A DNA stretch of 33,126 nt from sequence record DRR378314_1453. One strand, written 5' to 3'. A program made the translations under genes and the position numbers. Shown here piece after piece: positions 1 through 10,184 of the stretch; position 1 is the first letter of the stretch, and each line of letters opens with the position of its first letter. The notes beneath the pieces were generated by a model. That model was not told the origin of the DNA, did not search any database, and saw only the letters and a list, made by a program, of their open reading frames with translations.

Positions 1-62
1 CCACACGTTTGCTTGCCTGATTGTTAAAGAGCTGCGGGGTCGGCGTTGTTGATGTCGCCCCG
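1..62 (-). promoter_or_regulatory. rRNA operon leader antitermination elements (boxB-like hairpin, boxA, boxC)
   Basis: Minus strand reads a CGGGG...CCCCG hairpin (62-35), then GCTCTTTAACAA (32-21; boxA consensus TGCTCTTTAACA), then GTGTGG (6-1; boxC-like), just downstream of an rrn-type promoter. The rRNA genes would lie outside the window. Confidence 0.85.
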
Positions 63-70
63 TCGAGGAA

Positions 71-112
71 TGCGCATTCTACGGATCGGGCCTTTCCTGT
101 CAAACCTTTTTT
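71..112 (-). promoter_or_regulatory. rrn-type sigma70 promoter
   Basis: TTGACA (103-98), 16-bp spacer, TAGAAT (81-76), GC-rich discriminator GCGCA and an upstream A-tract (112-107). The 16-bp spacing and discriminator are typical of stable-RNA promoters. Confidence 0.85.
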
Positions 113-180
113 GGCGGATTCCTCGAAATTCTTTGTGGTCGGCCAATTTTCATTCAAATCCAGGCCTTAGGGCCCGATTG

Positions 181-1383
181 CTAGCGAATCGTGACCCGCG
201 CGATCTTCTTCTTGCCCGCCTGGATCACCGCGCTTTCACCACGGGCGAAGGTGCGCTCCTCGGTGAGCTGCTGGCCGTCCACGTACACCGCGCCCCGCCC
301 GAACACGTCCTTGGCGGCTTTACCATTCTGGGCCAGACCGGCAAGGCGGAGCAACGGCACCACGTGCACCTCGTCGCCCTCTTCCAGGACCACCTCCACT
401 TCCGGGACGTTGTCGGGTATCGCCCCCAGGGAGGTCAGATTGCCCGCCGAGGAAGGCGCCGCCTGGGCGGCCGCCTCGCCGTGGAAGCGGGTCACCATCT
501 CCAACGCGAACGCTTTTTTGGCCTCCTGCGGGCTGCCCAGCCGCGCCGCTTCCGCCTTGCGCTCTTCCAGAGCCTCATTGGAGAGACCACTGAGCAATTC
601 ATAGTAGCGCCAGGTCATATCGTCGGGGATCGACAGCAGCTTGCGGTACATCTCCCCGGGGGCGTCGTTAACGCCGACATAATTCTTCAGCGACTTGGAC
701 ATCTTCTGGACCCCGTCCAGCCCCTCCAGAATCGGCATCGTCAGGCAAATCTGCGGCGCCTGCCCGTAGGCCTTCTGCAGGGTACGCCCCATCAGCAGGT
801 TGAACTTCTGATCGGTGCCGCCGAGCTCCACATCCGCCTCCATGGCCACCGAATCGTAGCCCTGCACCAGCGGATACAGGAACTCGTGCACCGCGATCGG
901 CTGATTGGCCCGGTAGCGCTTGTCGAAGTCGTCGCGCTCGAGCATGCGCGCCACCGTGTACTGGCTGGCCAGCTTGATCATGCCGGCGGCGCCCACCTGA
1001 TTCATCCAGGTGGAGTTGAACACCACCTCGGTCTTTTCCGGGTCCAGGATCTTGAACACCTGCTCTTTATAGGTTTCCGCGTTGCGCTCGATCTCTTCGG
1101 GGGTGAGCGGCGGGCGCGTGGCGCTCTTGCCGGTGGGGTCACCGATCATGCCGGTGAAGTCGCCGATCAGGAACATCACATGGTGGCCCAGCTCCTGGAA
1201 CTGGCGCAGCTTGTTGATCAGAACCGTATGACCCAGGTGCAGATCCGGGGCGGTGGGATCAAAGCCCGCCTTGACTCTCAAAGGGCGGCCGCTGGCGATG
1301 CGCTCGCGCAATTCGTCTTCCTGAATGATCTCATCCGCGCCACGGCGCAGCAGCGCCAGCTGTTCGTCCACCTTGATCATCAT
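181..1383 (-). CDS. tyrS: tyrosine--tRNA ligase
   Basis: [13 protein letters not shown] (HIGH), [16 protein letters not shown]-terminal S4-like domain. Start is 1383 or 1380 after GAGGTG. Confidence 0.97.
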   Translation of the reverse strand: MMIKVDEQLALLRRGADEIIQEDELRERIASGRPLRVKAGFDPTAPDLHLGHTVLINKLRQFQELGHHVMFLIGDFTGMIGDPTGKSATRPPLTPEEIERNAETYKEQVFKILDPEKTEVVFNSTWMNQVGAAGMIKLASQYTVARMLERDDFDKRYRANQPIAVHEFLYPLVQGYDSVAMEADVELGGTDQKFNLLMGRTLQKAYGQAPQICLTMPILEGLDGVQKMSKSLKNYVGVNDAPGEMYRKLLSIPDDMTWRYYELLSGLSNEALEERKAEAARLGSPQEAKKAFALEMVTRFHGEAAAQAAPSSAGNLTSLGAIPDNVPEVEVVLEEGDEVHVVPLLRLAGLAQNGKAAKDVFGRGAVYVDGQQLTEERTFARGESAVIQAGKKKIARVTIR

Positions 1384-1490
1384 CACCTCATTCACGGCCC
1401 GGGAATGGCCGGACCCAGCCTGTTTTAGGAACTTGCCCCGGCGGCACCGGTCTCAAACGCCAACCCGCCGACCACATCTCACCCTGAAAA

Positions 1491-1506
1491 GCGCGCCATT
1501 GTAGCA
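1491..1506 (-). promoter_or_regulatory. extended -10 promoter for tyrS
   Basis: Minus strand TG-C-TACAAT (1506-1498) followed by GC-rich discriminator GGCGCGC. Confidence 0.55.
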
Positions 1507-1590
1507 CTTGAAGCGGGTTGTAGAAGGCGGGTATCTTTGCTGCAACTAAATGAACGCCCTCGGCGGCGCACCTCAGAGCGTAGTAAAAGC

Positions 1591-2946
1591 ATGAGTATTA
1601 AATTATCCGCCCTCGGCCGTGCCGCGCGCCGTTTCCCCCGCACCCATCTGATCCTCTCCGGGGCGCTGGTGATCACGGTGGGGTTGGTCGCCCTGACCCC
1701 GGAATCCGGAGAATCCCGCCCGGAACGTCTGCAGACGCTGGACCTGCCCAAGCCGTCGGCCAGCGAGGAACTGGTCCGCCAGGAAAGCGCTCAGCCGGTC
1801 GCCGACGTCCGCGCGCCGGCGGAGACGCCCGACGAGGAGCAATGGATCAAGATCACCGTGGCGTCCGGCGACACCCTGTCCGGGCTGCTGCAGTCGCGCG
1901 GCGTCAGCGCGGCGCAGGTGCACCGCCTGGTTACCGGTGACGAGCGCCTGGCCGAGCTGGCCACCATCCGCCCCGGCGATTCCCTGAATATTTCCGTGGA
2001 CGAAGCCGGCGAGCTGACCTCGCTGCGCTATAGCCCGTCCCGGGTGGAGACCGTGGAAGCCACCCTGGAAGACGGCAACTGGCGAGTGGAGAACGTGGTG
2101 CGCGAATATCAGCGCCGCACCCGCTTCGCCGAGGCCACCATCGACAACTCCCTGTTCCTGGCCGGCCACGCCGCGGGCATGAGCGACAACCTGACCATGC
2201 AGCTGGCCAACATCTTCGGCTGGGACATCGACTTCGTGCTCGACATCCGCAACGGCGACCGCTTCCGGGTGCTCTACGAGGAGCTGTATCTGGATGGCGA
2301 GAAGGTCGGCGAAGGGGAAATCATCGCCGCGGAATTCTGGAACCAGGGCCGCCACCTCACCGCCTACCGCTACCAGACCCGCGACGGCGACGTGTCCTAC
2401 TTCGACAGCGACGGCAACTCCATGCGCAAGGAGTTCATCCGCACCCCGGTGGCCTTCTCGCGCATCAGCTCGCGCTTCAGCACCGGCCGCAAGCATCCGA
2501 TTCTGAACAAAGTACGCGCCCACAACGGCATCGACTACGCCGCCCCCAGCGGCACCCCGATCAAAGCCGCCGGCAAGGGCAAGGTGATCTTCGCCGGCGT
2601 CAAAGGCGGCTATGGCAATGTGCTGATTCTCAAGCACGGCCAGCGCTACTCCACGCTGTACGCCCATATGCGCGGCTTCGCCAAGGGCATTCGCGTCGGC
2701 AGCCGGGTGAATCAAAGCCAGACCATCGGCTATGTGGGCGCCTCCGGCCTGGCCACCGGCCCGCACCTGCATTACGAGTTCCGCATCGACGGCGTGCACC
2801 GCAATCCGCAGACCGTACCGCTGCCCAAGGCCAGCGGCATCGCCAGCAGCGAGAAGCCCCAGTTCCGTCTTCAGAGCAGCCGTCTGGCGGCGCAAATGAC
2901 CATGTTCGCCGAGGCCGCCACCCTGGCCAGCAGCAATGTCTTCTGA
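1591..2946 (+). CDS. M23 family peptidoglycan DD-endopeptidase (MepM-like; N-terminal TM, LysM-like domain)
   Basis: HNGID (HxxxD) and HLH (HxH) M23 motifs, VASGDTLSGLL LysM-like segment, N-terminal hydrophobic helix, tyrS/M23/anmK synteny. Start taken as ATG 1591. Confidence 0.92.
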   Translation: MSIKLSALGRAARRFPRTHLILSGALVITVGLVALTPESGESRPERLQTLDLPKPSASEELVRQESAQPVADVRAPAETPDEEQWIKITVASGDTLSGLLQSRGVSAAQVHRLVTGDERLAELATIRPGDSLNISVDEAGELTSLRYSPSRVETVEATLEDGNWRVENVVREYQRRTRFAEATIDNSLFLAGHAAGMSDNLTMQLANIFGWDIDFVLDIRNGDRFRVLYEELYLDGEKVGEGEIIAAEFWNQGRHLTAYRYQTRDGDVSYFDSDGNSMRKEFIRTPVAFSRISSRFSTGRKHPILNKVRAHNGIDYAAPSGTPIKAAGKGKVIFAGVKGGYGNVLILKHGQRYSTLYAHMRGFAKGIRVGSRVNQSQTIGYVGASGLATGPHLHYEFRIDGVHRNPQTVPLPKASGIASSEKPQFRLQSSRLAAQMTMFAEAATLASSNVF

Positions 2947-4027
2947 ATCGCTGTTCGTCGGTCTGATGACCGGCACCAGCCTGGACGGCGTGGACGCCGT
3001 CCTGGCCAGCGTCACCCACGCCGGCACCCGGGTGCTGGCCCACCACGGCAGCGACCTTCCCAGCGCCCTTCGCGCGGACCTGCAGCGGCTGTGCCGCCCC
3101 GGCGACGATGAAATCGACCGGGCCGGCGCCTGCCACCGGGCCCTGGGCGCTCACTATGCGGACGCCGTGGCCGCCCTGCTCAGCAAAGCGAACGTGCCGG
3201 CGGACGCCGTCACCGCCATCGGCTGCCACGGCCAGACCGTGCGCCACCGCCCCGGCGACGCCGGGTTCAGCGTACAGCTCGGATGCCCGGACACCCTGGC
3301 GGTCCGATCCGGCCTGCCGGTGGTCAGCAATTTCCGCAACAAGGACATGGTGCTCGGCGGCCAGGGCGCGCCCCTGGCGCCGCGCTTCCACGAGCACGCC
3401 TTCGGTGATCCGCGCGAGCGCCGGGTGGTTCTCAACCTGGGCGGCATCGCCAACGTCTCGCTGCTGGACAAAGGCGCATTGATCGGCGGTTTCGACACCG
3501 GCCCCGCCAATACCCTGCTGGACCAGTGGCACCAGCGGCACCAGGGCGGCGACTACGACCCTCGGGGCGACTGGGCCGCCGGCGGCGAGGTGATTCCGGC
3601 CCTGCTCGACAGACTGCTGGGCGACCCCTATTTCCACCTTCCGCCGCCCAAAAGCACCGGCCGGGAGTACTTCCATCAGGACTGGCTCGCCCCCCATCTG
3701 GGTGCCGACATGGCACCGCGCGACGTGCAGGCCACCCTCGCGGAGCTGACCGCCCGCACCGTCGCCGAGGCGATCAGCGGGTTCCACGCCGACCGCCTGC
3801 TGGTCTGCGGCGGCGGTGTGCATAACCGGGATCTTCTCAACCGGCTCGCCCGGCATTGCGGGCTGCCGGCGGGCAGCACCGAAGACGCCGGTGTCGCACC
3901 GGAATGGGTGGAAGCGGCCGCCTTCGCCTGGCTGGCCTGGGCCTTCTGGGAACGGGTGCCGGGCAACGCACCGCAAGTGACCGGCGCCGGCCGGTCGGCG
4001 GTGCTCGGCCATCTGAGCCTGCCCTGA
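2936..4027 (+). CDS. anmK: anhydro-N-acetylmuramic acid kinase
   Basis: GLMTGTSLDGVD, GCHGQTVRH, GGQGAPL, FDTGPAN, PKSTGRE, EAAAFAWLA motifs. Confidence 0.96.
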   Translation: MSSESLFVGLMTGTSLDGVDAVLASVTHAGTRVLAHHGSDLPSALRADLQRLCRPGDDEIDRAGACHRALGAHYADAVAALLSKANVPADAVTAIGCHGQTVRHRPGDAGFSVQLGCPDTLAVRSGLPVVSNFRNKDMVLGGQGAPLAPRFHEHAFGDPRERRVVLNLGGIANVSLLDKGALIGGFDTGPANTLLDQWHQRHQGGDYDPRGDWAAGGEVIPALLDRLLGDPYFHLPPPKSTGREYFHQDWLAPHLGADMAPRDVQATLAELTARTVAEAISGFHADRLLVCGGGVHNRDLLNRLARHCGLPAGSTEDAGVAPEWVEAAAFAWLAWAFWERVPGNAPQVTGAGRSAVLGHLSLP

Positions 4028-4037
4028 ATCGCGGGAA

Positions 4038-4571
4038 TTATACGAAGAGCGAGCCGATCATCGCGCAGCTGGTGCCGAGCAAGGCGCCGGCGGCGATATC
4101 CGACGGGTAGTGCACGCCGAGCAGCACCCGCGACAACCCCACCAACAGCGCGAACGCCAGCGCCAGCGTCGCCACCACCGGATAGAAGATACCCAGCAGC
4201 GTCGCCATCACGAAGGCCGCGGCGGTGTGGCCGGACGGGAAGCTGAAACGGCCCGCGGGCTTGATAAAGGCGCACAGCGCCATCTCGGAATCGGCGGGTC
4301 TGGGGCGTTTGATCAGGTTCTTGAGCACCATGAAGGCCGGCATTTCCAGGCCGTAGGCCACCGCCGCCGCCAGGGCGAAGCGGGTGCCGTCCTCGGGGTC
4401 GACCAGCCAGAGCATCGCGACCAGCGCCGCGTAGAAGGGGCCGTCACCGAACCGGGAGATGGCCCTGGCCATGCGGGCGCGGCTGGCGGCGCGGGGCTGG
4501 GCCAGCAACCAGCACATGGCGCGGGTATCCGCGGCCGTCATTTTCTGGATGGAAGGTCTCTGTATCGTCAT
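4038..4571 (-). CDS. PAP2 family phosphatase (membrane lipid or undecaprenyl-pyrophosphate phosphatase-like)
   Basis: KxxxxxxRP, SFPSGH and SRVLLGVHYPSD motifs; GGAGG SD 8 nt before ATG 4571. Confidence 0.9.
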   Translation of the reverse strand: MTIQRPSIQKMTAADTRAMCWLLAQPRAASRARMARAISRFGDGPFYAALVAMLWLVDPEDGTRFALAAAVAYGLEMPAFMVLKNLIKRPRPADSEMALCAFIKPAGRFSFPSGHTAAAFVMATLLGIFYPVVATLALAFALLVGLSRVLLGVHYPSDIAAGALLGTSCAMIGSLFV

Positions 4572-4615
4572 GCCTACAGCCTCCATGCTGCTCAAGACAA
4601 TATTCTGATACTTTA

Positions 4616-4633
4616 ATGACCGTTAAATGACAG
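4616..4633 (-). promoter_or_regulatory. Pho box (PhoB-type direct repeat) upstream of the PAP2 gene
   Basis: Minus strand CTGTCAT-TTAA-CGGTCAT against consensus CTGTCAT-N4(AT-rich)-CTGTCAT, one mismatch. Confidence 0.7.
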
Positions 4634-4645
4634 TGCCGGGCCGGC

Positions 4646-4984
4646 TCACACCGAGAACGACGAGCCGCAGCCGCAGGTGGTGGCCGCGTTGGGGTTATTG
4701 ACGATAAACCGCGAGCCCATCAGGCCCTGCTCGTAGTCCACCTGGGAGCCGTCCAGATACTGGATGCTCATGGCGTCCACCAGCAGCGTCACGTCTTCAC
4801 GGGCCACCGCCGTATCGTCCTCGTTCACCGCTTCATCAAAGGTGAAGCCGTAGGAAAACCCCGCGCAGCCGCCGCCGGTGATGTACACCCGCAGTTTCAG
4901 CTCGGGGTTGCCTTCGTCGTCACGGAGCTCGCGCACCTTGGCGGCGGCCCGTTCGGTCAGGATTATGGGTCCGGATTCGCTCAT
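4646..4984 (-). CDS. erpA: iron-sulfur cluster insertion protein ErpA
   Basis: [20 protein letters not shown] and [16 protein letters not shown]; argC-bactofilin-erpA synteny. Confidence 0.95.
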   Translation of the reverse strand: MSESGPIILTERAAAKVRELRDDEGNPELKLRVYITGGGCAGFSYGFTFDEAVNEDDTAVAREDVTLLVDAMSIQYLDGSQVDYEQGLMGSRFIVNNPNAATTCGCGSSFSV

Positions 4985-5019
4985 GTCACTCAATGCCGTT
5001 ATCACATCGCCATAGTCCA

Positions 5020-5044
5020 GTACCCGACTATTACAGTCAAGTAT
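5020..5044. promoter_or_regulatory. IscR type-1 binding site overlapping the erpA sigma70 promoter
   Basis: GTACCCGACTATTACAGTCAAGTAT matches ATASYYGACTRWWWYAGTCRRSTAT at 24 of 25 positions. It covers the -35 TTGACT (5040-5035), which lies 17 bp from the -10 GACTAT (5017-5012). Confidence 0.85.
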
Positions 5045-5495
5045 TCTCGGGCCGGGCGTCCGCCTCCGCGGGGTCCGCATCCGGCCGGCCGCCGGGCTTC
5101 TCGGGCGCCGGCAGGTTGCGGCGCTCTTCGTCCAGACGCACCAGCTTGCCGTTCACCCGCGCGCCCATCAGCATCTCGATCATCACGTAGAAGACATTGC
5201 CCTCCACCTGCGCCTTGCTGGCCAGTTCCAGATGCTCGGTGGCGTTCACGTCGCCTTCCACCCGGCCGTTGATGGTGATTCTCGGCACGCGGATCTCGCC
5301 ACGCACCACGCCGCTCTCGCCGATCACCAGCTGGCCGCCGTCTTCACCGACGGTGATATTGCCGTCCACTTCGCCCTGAACGTGCAATCCCCCGTTGAAC
5401 TCAATATCGCCCACGATGCGGGCACTGGGAGCGATCAGGGTGTGATCGCGGAAATTTTGCTGACCACCCGTGCTCTTCTTGTCTCGCCCAATCAC
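5037..5495 (-). CDS. bactofilin (polymer-forming cytoskeletal protein, CcmA family)
   Basis: Beta-helix repeats [27 protein letters not shown]...[12 protein letters not shown] start after AGGAG. Confidence 0.9.
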   Translation of the reverse strand: MIGRDKKSTGGQQNFRDHTLIAPSARIVGDIEFNGGLHVQGEVDGNITVGEDGGQLVIGESGVVRGEIRVPRITINGRVEGDVNATEHLELASKAQVEGNVFYVMIEMLMGARVNGKLVRLDEERRNLPAPEKPGGRPDADPAEADARPENT

Positions 5496-5528
5496 CTGTC
5501 GTCTCCTGCTTGATTATTCGATACGCCA

Positions 5529-6254
5529 TCACCAAGGAAGGCTCTGAACCACCTCCGCGCGACGCGGCGCGGTGGCTGTCGCGGTCATCTCCAAAGCGTC
5601 GATGCGCGTGCCCTCGGGCACCGTCAGCGTACCGGAAAGCTCCTGGAAGTACCGGAAACGGAATCGCAAATCGCTGTTTTCCCCCAACAGCTCACCGCCA
5701 TCCAGCGTCACCGGCTCGCCGTCACGGGAGCCTTTCAGCGCGAAGCTCACCGTGCCCGACAAGTATCCCCGGTTATCACCGGACTGAACCAGTATCAAAC
5801 GGTAACGGAAGCGCCGCTCCCCGTTCTCCGGGCTCACCTCGAATTTCTCCACCTGCATGGGCGCGTCGGACGCCCCCGGGGACATCACGTTCTTGTAGAA
5901 CGCCACCGCCTCTTCCAGTTCCGCGCTCTGATCACGCAGGCCGCGAATCTCCTGGCGCAACTGCTCGCGGGCCTGATCGGCCACCTCCACCTCCGCCCGG
6001 TAGCGGGCCAGATCGTGGCGCACGGTGCGCAATTCCTGGCGGGCGTCGCGTAATTCCGCGCGCAGCTCGCTGTTTTTCATGTTGCTGTCCAGGGCGCCGC
6101 TCTGGCCCAGCCAGGAGCCCGCCAGAAACGCCACGATCACCGCCGCCAGCGCGGTCACTGTCAGCAGCACGCGGGTGCGCCGGCGGTGCGACGGGCTCAC
6201 CGGAACCAGAATGACATCGTCAACGCCCGCTCTGGGCCGGCTTCCCGTCGCCAT
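5529..6254 (-). CDS. membrane-anchored coiled-coil protein (DUF6776-like)
   Basis: N-terminal TM, coiled coil ending LEEAVAFYKNVM, C-terminal FRFRYFQELSG; ATG overlaps the argC stop. Confidence 0.75.
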   Translation of the reverse strand: MATGSRPRAGVDDVILVPVSPSHRRRTRVLLTVTALAAVIVAFLAGSWLGQSGALDSNMKNSELRAELRDARQELRTVRHDLARYRAEVEVADQAREQLRQEIRGLRDQSAELEEAVAFYKNVMSPGASDAPMQVEKFEVSPENGERRFRYRLILVQSGDNRGYLSGTVSFALKGSRDGEPVTLDGGELLGENSDLRFRFRYFQELSGTLTVPEGTRIDALEMTATATAPRRAEVVQSLPW

Positions 6255-7318
6255 CAGGGCAGCAACGCGGGGAGATCAATGCCGGCCGTCTCTTCCAGGC
6301 CGAACATGAGGTTCATGCATTGGATCGCCTGGCCGGACGCGCCCTTGACCAGGTTATCGATCACCGACAACACCACCAGGACGTCGCCGCCCCCGGGCCG
6401 GTGGATCGCCAGACGGCAATGGTTGGAGCCTTTCACGAAACGGGTCTCCGGATGGCTGCCCTGGGGCATCACGTCGACGAAGGGTTCGTCGGCGTAGCGC
6501 GCCTCGAAGGCCGCCTGCACCTGATCCAGCGCCGGGGTGTCGCCGTTGACGGTGGCATACAGGCTGGCATGGATGCCCCGCACCATCGGCACCAGATGCG
6601 GCACGAAGGTGACCGACACCGGCCCGCCGGCGATGTCACCCAGGCCCTGCTCGATTTCCGGCAGATGCCGGTGCCCGCCGGCGCCGTAGGCCTTGAAGCT
6701 CTCCGACGCCTCCGCCAGCAACATCGGCACCTTGGCACCGCGTCCGGCGCCGCTGGCGCCGCTGGCGGCACTGGCGATCAGTTGTTCCGGGCGCACCCAG
6801 CCGCGCTCCAGCAACGGCAGGTAGCCGAGCTGAATCGAGGTGGGGTAACAGCCGGCGCAGGCCACCAGCCGGGCACCGCGAATGCGTTCGCGGTTCACTT
6901 CCGGCAGGCCGTAGACCGCCTGATCCAGCATTTCCGGGCAGGCATGGGGCTCGCCGTACCACTGGCTCCAGACGCCGGCGTCGCGAAGCCGGAAATCCGC
7001 CGACAGGTCCACCACCCGGGTGCCGGCGGCCAGCAGCTCCGGCACCAGCCGCATGGCGACATTGTGCGGCGTGGCAAAGAACACCACGTCACAGGCCGCC
7101 AGCGCGGCCACGTCCGGCTCCTCGAACTTGAGGTCGGTGTAGCCGCGCAGGGTCGGGTACAGATCACTGACCTTCAGACCCTGCTCGCTGCGCGAGGTAA
7201 TGGTTTCCAGACGCACCAGCGGATGCCGCACCAGCAGGCGCAGCAACTCCACACCGGTGTACCCGGTGCCGCCGACAATGCCGACTTTCAAAGGGTTCGC
7301 CGCGTCGACCTGGGTCAT
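6254..7318 (-). CDS. argC: N-acetyl-gamma-glutamyl-phosphate reductase
   Basis: [52 protein letters not shown] before ATG 7318. Confidence 0.97.
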   Translation of the reverse strand: MTQVDAANPLKVGIVGGTGYTGVELLRLLVRHPLVRLETITSRSEQGLKVSDLYPTLRGYTDLKFEEPDVAALAACDVVFFATPHNVAMRLVPELLAAGTRVVDLSADFRLRDAGVWSQWYGEPHACPEMLDQAVYGLPEVNRERIRGARLVACAGCYPTSIQLGYLPLLERGWVRPEQLIASAASGASGAGRGAKVPMLLAEASESFKAYGAGGHRHLPEIEQGLGDIAGGPVSVTFVPHLVPMVRGIHASLYATVNGDTPALDQVQAAFEARYADEPFVDVMPQGSHPETRFVKGSNHCRLAIHRPGGGDVLVVLSVIDNLVKGASGQAIQCMNLMFGLEETAGIDLPALLP

Positions 7319-7388
7319 ACCATTACTCCCATTACTACTTTCCACTAAAGGACCCGCATGATAGGCACCACCGCCATGGGCGGCAACT

Positions 7389-8795
7389 TCATTGGCCGCC
7401 GCCGCGGCCCCGCTCGTCCGCCGGGCCGCTTTCGGTGCTCACCACCCGCGCCCGGTCCAGGGCCATGCCCTCGCCTTCCTGCAGCCGTTCCGCCAGGGAG
7501 TCGTAAAGCGGGCGCAGCCAGACCAGCTTGGCCACCGCCGCCGCCACGAACGCGCCGGCCATCAGCGGCAACAGAATGTCGTGGCGGTTGCCGGTGAGTT
7601 CCATGACGATCACGAAGGAGGTGATCGGCCGCTGGATCACCCCGGCCAGAAAGGCCGCCATCGCCACCAGGGTAACGCCCACCACCGAGGAGTCGGGAAA
7701 CAGCCCGCCGATCACATTGCCGACGCCAGCGCCGGCGGCCAGGCTGGGGGAAAACAGCCCGCCGGGAATGCCGGTGAAATAGGACACCAGGGTGGCCGCC
7801 ATCTTGGCGAGCGGGAAACTCCAGTCGCCGTCGGCGTCGCCGCTGAGCAGGTGGCGGGCCTGTTCATAGCCGCTGCCGTAGGTCATGCCGCCGGTGACCA
7901 GCCCCAGCAGCACCAGCACCAGCGCGCACAGCAACACCACCCGGTAGGGGTGCTTGCGGCCATAGGGCGCCAGAAAACGGCTGCCGGTGATCAGCAGACG
8001 GCTGAAAGCCCCGCCCAGCAAGCCGCACACCAGACCGGTGACGCCGATGGCGAGCCAGTCCTGGGTGATGTCCAGCGCCCCCTGGGGATGGCCGAAAAAA
8101 CTGTAATGCCCGGCGATCGCCAGCACCACCACGCCGGACAGGATAATCGCCAGAATCAGGGTGCCGCTGGTGCGCTGTTCGAACGAGCCGGACAGCTCCT
8201 CGATCGCGAACACGATGCCCGCCAGCGGCGCGTTGAAGGCCGCCGACACCCCGGCGGCGCCGCCGGCCACGATCAGGGCGTTGTCCACGTACTTCTGGTG
8301 AAGGCGGCCGACCTGCCCCACCGAGTACATCATCGCCGCGCCCATATGAACGCTGGGCCCCTCGCGGCCGATGCTGGCGCCGCACAACAGCCCCATGCAG
8401 GTGAGCGCGAACTTCATGACGATAACGCGGAACGACAGAAAGGTGGGCCGCAGCCAGTGGTAGCGCTGCTTGAGCACCACCAGTACCTGGGGAATACCGC
8501 TGCCCTGGGACTCGGCGCCGGTGCGGCGCATCACGAACACGGTCGCCAGCATCCCCAGCGGGGTGATCAGCACCGGCCACAACGACGAGTGCCGCTCCAT
8601 CTCGGCGAACGCCTCGGCGCACATTTCCGCCACCCAGGCGAACCCCACGGTGACCAGACCGACCATCAGCGCGCCGATCCAGAACACCACCCGCATCTTC
8701 CAGTCCTGGAGGGTGCCCAGCTGCCGACGGGACAGACGCCGGGTGCGAAACAGATAGTATCGCAGCAGGCGGCTGGCGCGCGGTGGCTTGGTCAC
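7389..8795 (-). CDS. ClC family chloride channel / H+:Cl- antiporter
   Basis: GSGIP, GREGP (gating Glu), FAIEEL and GLFSP motifs; many TM helices; GTG start after AGAGGA. Confidence 0.92.
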   Translation of the reverse strand: MTKPPRASRLLRYYLFRTRRLSRRQLGTLQDWKMRVVFWIGALMVGLVTVGFAWVAEMCAEAFAEMERHSSLWPVLITPLGMLATVFVMRRTGAESQGSGIPQVLVVLKQRYHWLRPTFLSFRVIVMKFALTCMGLLCGASIGREGPSVHMGAAMMYSVGQVGRLHQKYVDNALIVAGGAAGVSAAFNAPLAGIVFAIEELSGSFEQRTSGTLILAIILSGVVVLAIAGHYSFFGHPQGALDITQDWLAIGVTGLVCGLLGGAFSRLLITGSRFLAPYGRKHPYRVVLLCALVLVLLGLVTGGMTYGSGYEQARHLLSGDADGDWSFPLAKMAATLVSYFTGIPGGLFSPSLAAGAGVGNVIGGLFPDSSVVGVTLVAMAAFLAGVIQRPITSFVIVMELTGNRHDILLPLMAGAFVAAAVAKLVWLRPLYDSLAERLQEGEGMALDRARVVSTESGPADERGRGGGQ

Positions 8796-8984
8796 GGCAT
8801 CCTCTTTTGTGTCAGATCGGCGTCAGCGGCTGGCACCGGGAGTGGCGGAACAGGGTCCGGAAGCGGCCCGCGGCCTCGGCGGCGCGGGACGATACAAGCA
8901 AGGCGCTGTAGTATACAGCGGCTAGCGGGTGACACTCCAACGCGGTGCACCCCCGACCACCCTGCGTACCGGGAGAACCCTACA

Positions 8985-9407
8985 ATGCTCTGGCTGAAAG
9001 CGTTCCATCTTATTGCCGTGATTTGCTGGTTCGCGGCGATCTTTTATCTGCCCCGCCTGTTCGTGTACCACGCCATGGCCGAGGACCAGACCAGCCGCGA
9101 CCGCTTCAAGATCATGGAGCGCAAGCTCTACCGGGGCATCATGAACCCGTCCATGATCGCCACCCTGGTGCTGGGCATCTGGATGCTGGCGCTGAACTGG
9201 GACTACTACAAAACCCAGGGCTGGCTGCACGCCAAGATCACCCTGGTGGTACTGCTGATCGGCTACCATCACGTCTGTCTGGCCTACCTAAAGAAGTTCG
9301 CCGCCGACGCCAACACCAAGAGCGACAAGTTCTACCGGATCTTTAACGAAGTGCCGGTGTTACTGCTGGTGGCGATTGTTATCCTGGCGGTGGTGAAACC
9401 GTTTTGA
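8985..9407 (+). CDS. hemJ: protoporphyrinogen oxidase HemJ
   Basis: MLWLKAFHLIAVICWFAAIFYLPRLFVYH...RIFNEVP...VVKPF; GGGAG SD. It is the 3' part of the track's 7392..9407 ORF. Confidence 0.95.
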   Translation: MLWLKAFHLIAVICWFAAIFYLPRLFVYHAMAEDQTSRDRFKIMERKLYRGIMNPSMIATLVLGIWMLALNWDYYKTQGWLHAKITLVVLLIGYHHVCLAYLKKFAADANTKSDKFYRIFNEVPVLLLVAIVILAVVKPF

Positions 9408-9416
9408 GCGTATTCA

Positions 9417-10184
9417 ATGAGACCTAATATTCTTGTCATCGCGGGCCACGACCCGTCCGGTGGCGCCGGCATCCACGCCGACATCGAGGCGATCCAAAGC
9501 ACCGGCGGCTTCGCCAGCACGCTGATCACCGCGCTGACGGTACAAAACAGCCGCAAGGTCAGCAGCTTTCAACTGACCCCGCTGGAGCTTCTTGAACAGC
9601 AGGCGGACGCCCTGCTCGCCGATTATGAGTTCCAGGCGGTGAAGATCGGCATGACCGGCTCGGTGGCCACGGTGGAATGGATCGCCCGCCTGCTGGCCCG
9701 CCTGCCCGGCGTGCCCGTGGTCCTGGACCCGGTGCTCGCCGCCGAGTCCGGCGGCAGCCTGGCGCAGGGCGACCTCAACGAGGCCCTGATGGACCGGGTC
9801 GCCCCCCAGGCCACCGTGCTCACGCCCAACCTCCCCGAAGCCGGCCAACTGAGCGGCGAAACAGGGGTGGCCGAGGCGGGCGCCGCGCTCACCCGGCGCT
9901 GCGGCCGCGCGGTGCTGGTGACCGGGACCCACGACGACACCGACCAGGTCGCCAACCACCTGTTCCAGGGCGAGCACCACCGCCAATGGGAATGGCCGCG
10001 CCTGCCGGAGGTGTACCATGGCTCCGGCTGCTCGCTGGCCTCGGCGATCGCCAGCCTGCTGGCCCGCGGCCTGCCCCTGGAGGACGCCGTCGGCGACGCC
10101 CAGGCGTGGCTGCACCGCACCCTGCAGCACGCTTGGCGGCCCGGCGGCGGCCAGTTCGTACCGGACCGGAGCCTGACACCATGA
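9417..10184 (+). CDS. thiD: hydroxymethylpyrimidine/phosphomethylpyrimidine kinase
   Basis: IAGHDPSGGAGIHADI, VLDPVL, TPNLPEA, YHGSGCSLAS. Confidence 0.92.
   Translation: MRPNILVIAGHDPSGGAGIHADIEAIQSTGGFASTLITALTVQNSRKVSSFQLTPLELLEQQADALLADYEFQAVKIGMTGSVATVEWIARLLARLPGVPVVLDPVLAAESGGSLAQGDLNEALMDRVAPQATVLTPNLPEAGQLSGETGVAEAGAALTRRCGRAVLVTGTHDDTDQVANHLFQGEHHRQWEWPRLPEVYHGSGCSLASAIASLLARGLPLEDAVGDAQAWLHRTLQHAWRPGGGQFVPDRSLTP

Noticed and set aside
8796-8900. Fluoride riboswitch / fluoride-specific CLC
   Set aside because: No fluoride riboswitch motif seen, and the protein has canonical GSGIP/GREGP rather than the GNNLI or GMGLI/GREGT signatures of fluoride-specific CLCs.
8906-8918. LexA (SOS) box between the ClC gene and hemJ
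   Set aside because: CTGT-N5-ACAG, not the required CTGT-N8-ACAG.
7392-9407. 671-aa ORF suggesting a large HemJ fusion
   Set aside because: The first ~530 aa are the antisense shadow of the ClC gene plus intergenic DNA; hemJ has its own SD and ATG at 8985.
9407-9417. TPP riboswitch before thiD-thiE
   Set aside because: Only 9 nt separate hemJ and thiD, and I saw no TPP aptamer motif upstream of hemJ.
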